A stretch of DNA of 63,993 nucleotides, filler included, from Diploschistes diacapsis (Eukaryota): assembly GCA_023645945.1 (NCBI GenBank). It is 4 parts of 4 records of this genome, joined end to end, with 100 filler letters (N's around TTAATTAATTAA, not from the genome) between each part and the next. Parts side by side here need not be neighbours in the genome. Positions count along the whole stretch, not along the records: positions 48,097 to 63,993 come from JALAIB010000533.1; 3 more parts are not named here. One strand, given 5' to 3'. The position numbers and the translations under genes were made by a program. How positions within the stretch are numbered: the first letter of the stretch is position 1; each line of letters starts with the position of its first letter. The notes below the pieces were generated by a model that was not told where the DNA came from, did not search any database, and saw nothing but the letters and a program-made list of their open reading frames with translations. Shown piece by piece: positions 61,111-63,993 of this stretch.

Positions 61111-63468
61111 ATGTGGGACATTTCTAAGCTTGCAGCGGTCGTTGCGGCGCTTGTTGCAGCTCCGCTGGCCGGAGCAACGCCGCTCAAACGCCAGTCTACT
61201 AGCACTTCGAGCTACTGGGTTGCCAACATCCAGCGTCAAGGCTCCGTCCCGTTCAGCTCCAATAGCTCTAGCTTCACCGTCTTTCGGAACGTGATGGACT
61301 TTGGTGCCAAAGGTGACGGCGTTACTGACGATACCGCGGCCATCAACAACGCGATTAGCGAGGGCAACCGTTGCGGTCAAGGGTGCGACAGCAGCACTAC
61401 AACTCCGGCCATCGTCTTCTTTCCAAGTGGAACCTACCTTGTGAGCAAGCCAATCGTTCAGCTCTACTACACTCAATTCATCGGAGACGCCGTCGAACTC
61501 CCTACTCTCAAGGCTGCTCCCAGCTTCGCGGGAATGGCTGTAATTGACGCTGATCCATATGGCGATGGCGGCGACAACTGGTACACCAACCAGAATAATT
61601 TCTATCGTCAAATTCGCAACTTTAACATCGACCTTACAGCCATGCCGCCAACCTCTGGTGCGGGTATCCACTGGCAAGTCGCCCAAGCAACCTCGCTACA
61701 GAACATTGTCTTCAACATGGTACAGGGCGCTTCGAGCAAGCAACAGGGTATTTTTATGGACAACGGCTCCGGAGGCTTCATGACAGACCTTGTTTTCAAC
61801 GGTGGTGGCTACGGTGCCTTTTTCGGAAACCAACAGTTCACTACCCGAAACCTAACGTTTAACAACGTTCAAACTGCCATCTTGATGAACTGGAACTGGC
61901 TGTGGACTTTGAAGTCTATCAACGTCAACAACTGCGGTGTCGGTGTCAACATGTCGACGGGGGGGTCGGCTGCTCAGACTGTCGGCTCAGTAATCGTCCA
62001 AGACTCTATCTTCAAGGGTACCAAAACGGCCATTATGACTTCCTACACCAAGGGCCAAACCGCTGCCAACGGTACTCTCGTCATCGATAACTGTGACTTC
62101 ACGGGTGCTAGCACCGCGGTCAGCGACGCGTCCGGCAACTCTGTCCTAGCTGGTGGGTCCAAGGTCTCTTCATGGGGCCAAGGCTTCGGGTACACGACTG
62201 GATCCGGTGTCAGCAACATGACCAAGCGTGCCAGCGATAGCCAGATCGCTCTTCAGAACTCTCTTTCGGCGCCTGCGAAGCCTGCCAACTTGGTTGATTC
62301 CACCGGTGCCGTGTTTGAACGCTCAAAGCCGCAGTACGAGACTGTCCCGGTCAGCAGCTTCATCAGCGTCAAATCCAATGGAGCAAAGGGCGATGGTGTT
62401 GCAGATGACACTCAGGCTATCCAACAAGTTCTCAACAAGGCCGCCAACTCTTCGAATGTCGTCTATTTCGACCACGGTGCATATCGCATTACCAACACTA
62501 TCTCGGTGCCCAGCAACATCAGGATCACTGGCGAGATCTGGCCAATCATCCTTGCGGACGGTCCTTCCTTCAGCGATATGAACAACCCTAAGCCAGTCTT
62601 CCAGGTTGGTAAGCCAGGCGATGTGGGCAACGTTGAGATGAGCGATCTCGTGTTCGAGACTCTTGGTCCTGCTCCCGGTGCGATTCTTGTTGAATGGAAT
62701 GTCAAGGGCCAGTCGCAAGGCTCGGCTGGAATGTGGGACGTTCATGTTAGAATCGGTGGCACCGCAGGAACCAAGCTCCAGTCAGACACCTGCGCGATGA
62801 AGAACGGTACCGCTCAAGCTGGCAACCCATCCTGCTATGGAGCCTATCAACTGTTCCACGCTACGGCCGAGTCCTCTGTCTACCTTGAGAACAATTGGTT
62901 CTGGGTCGCTGACCACGAGTTGGACCTTGCCGACCACGACCAGATCAACATCTTCAACGGCCGTGGTGTTCTCATCGAGAGCGCTCAAGGGCCAGTTTGG
63001 GCTTACGGCACCAGCTCCGAGCATTCCATGTTCTACAACTACGAGATCAACAACGCCTCGAGCGTCTACATGGGCGCCATTCAGAGCGAGACCCCTTACT
63101 TCCAGAGCGCTCCAGACGCCTTATCGGTATTATATGCCAACGCCACGAGCGACCCAACCTTCAGCACCTGCACCACCGGGAGCTGCAAGATGTCGTGGGG
63201 CCTGCGCATTGTCGGCTCCTCCAACGTTCTCATCTACGGGGCCGGCCACTACTCTTTCTTCGACAACTACAGCCAGACCTGCCTCGCGAACGAGTCTTGC
63301 CAGGAGAACATGGTCAGCATCGAAAACTGCTCTGGCGATGTCTATCTTTATGGTCTAAGCACCAAAGCTTCAACAAACATGGTCTCGGTCGATAACCAGG
63401 CCGTCATCCAGCAGGCCAACAACCCGAGCACCTTTTGCTCGACGGTCGCCGTCTTTGAGAACCCTTAA
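61111..63468 (+). CDS. Secreted GH55 exo-beta-1,3-glucanase
   Basis: ATG 61111 with signal peptide and KR propeptide. Two beta-helix starts (FGAKGDGVTDDT, GAKGDGVADDT). Motifs NQNNFYRQIRN, IHWQVAQATS, W.ADHELD, GTSSEH and QSETPYFQ (catalytic Glu region). Confidence 0.96.
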   Translation: MWDISKLAAVVAALVAAPLAGATPLKRQSTSTSSYWVANIQRQGSVPFSSNSSSFTVFRNVMDFGAKGDGVTDDTAAINNAISEGNRCGQGCDSSTTTPAIVFFPSGTYLVSKPIVQLYYTQFIGDAVELPTLKAAPSFAGMAVIDADPYGDGGDNWYTNQNNFYRQIRNFNIDLTAMPPTSGAGIHWQVAQATSLQNIVFNMVQGASSKQQGIFMDNGSGGFMTDLVFNGGGYGAFFGNQQFTTRNLTFNNVQTAILMNWNWLWTLKSINVNNCGVGVNMSTGGSAAQTVGSVIVQDSIFKGTKTAIMTSYTKGQTAANGTLVIDNCDFTGASTAVSDASGNSVLAGGSKVSSWGQGFGYTTGSGVSNMTKRASDSQIALQNSLSAPAKPANLVDSTGAVFERSKPQYETVPVSSFISVKSNGAKGDGVADDTQAIQQVLNKAANSSNVVYFDHGAYRITNTISVPSNIRITGEIWPIILADGPSFSDMNNPKPVFQVGKPGDVGNVEMSDLVFETLGPAPGAILVEWNVKGQSQGSAGMWDVHVRIGGTAGTKLQSDTCAMKNGTAQAGNPSCYGAYQLFHATAESSVYLENNWFWVADHELDLADHDQINIFNGRGVLIESAQGPVWAYGTSSEHSMFYNYEINNASSVYMGAIQSETPYFQSAPDALSVLYANATSDPTFSTCTTGSCKMSWGLRIVGSSNVLIYGAGHYSFFDNYSQTCLANESCQENMVSIENCSGDVYLYGLSTKASTNMVSVDNQAVIQQANNPSTFCSTVAVFENP

Positions 63469-63993
63469 ATGACAATTTGTATTGATTCGACATATCTGGG
63501 ACGCATTTGCATGCACTTGATTGATAGGAAGAGAGAAATGAATCGAGCTTTTGCGCTGGCAACCGTGCGAGCGACTTCTACTACACGTACATATACATCT
63601 TCACTTCTTTTGGCACTTTCTCTTGATTCATACGAGGAGGTGCAGGCGAGCTGGTTCTTGTTTTTTTTTTTTTTTGATGATGACGACGGTCTTGCTTTTG
63701 AGAGCTGATATACCCCTAGACGCGATAGCAAATGCAAATTGTGAACTGCAGTATTACTTGACTCGTGATGATGACGGTGTTGCAGACGGATTTGGCAACA
63801 ATACAATAAAATAACGCAGCGGCCAGGTATGGGCAAGAAGCTCAATAACAAACATCCATCAACAACACATAACCCAATCATGCCCGAAACCAACATTCTC
63901 ACACAACCAAGTAAAAAGCACAATGATCCCACAGACATATATTCCAACCCACACTTACTCCCACTCGCTGCCTACCCCCGACTATCCATCCTC

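Noticed and set aside
1..63993. tRNA, rRNA, CRISPR arrays, intact transposase or tyrosine-recombinase genes
   Set aside because: None recognised by eye. tRNAscan-SE, Infernal and HMM searches would be needed to exclude small ncRNAs.

Overview
Genomic DNA of a filamentous ascomycete (Pezizomycotina): short GT-AG introns with CTRAC/CTAAC branch sites and typical fungal gene families. The window is not one locus. It is four contigs of decreasing length (1-15954, 16055-31992, 32093-47996, 48097-63993) joined by artificial 100-nt N44-TTAATTAATTAA-N44 spacers, so synteny is only meaningful within a contig. Contig 1 holds the 5' end of a TinA/ADIP-like gene, a secreted Cys-rich protein and an AIF/AMID-like oxidoreductase. 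These are followed by about 9.5 kb of accessory debris with no intact conserved gene: a patatin pseudogene of the type carried by Starship giant transposons, other decayed ORFs, a perfect 35-bp hairpin, a MITE and a poly-A run. Contig 2 holds a Fusarium-type carotenoid/retinal cluster (carB cut by the contig end, carRA, divergent carX) whose shared promoter contains a second copy of the same MITE, then annexin C4 and frameshifted orphans. Contig 3 holds a CE16 esterase, a conserved gene split by one in-frame TAG, a GPI-type wall protein, NOP4, a 68-aa Cys/His microprotein and a cytochrome b5-like steroid-binding protein. Contig 4 holds a partial SDR with a GC-AG intron, GST-kappa with PTS1, a conserved uncharacterised protein, a PLP aminotransferase and a GH55 glucanase. 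I found no RNA genes or CRISPR and cannot claim a clearly new multi-gene system. The best leads are the MITE family in the carotenoid promoter, the putative decayed Starship cargo with its hairpin, and the in-frame-stop gene. Family assignments come from recalled motifs, not database searches.
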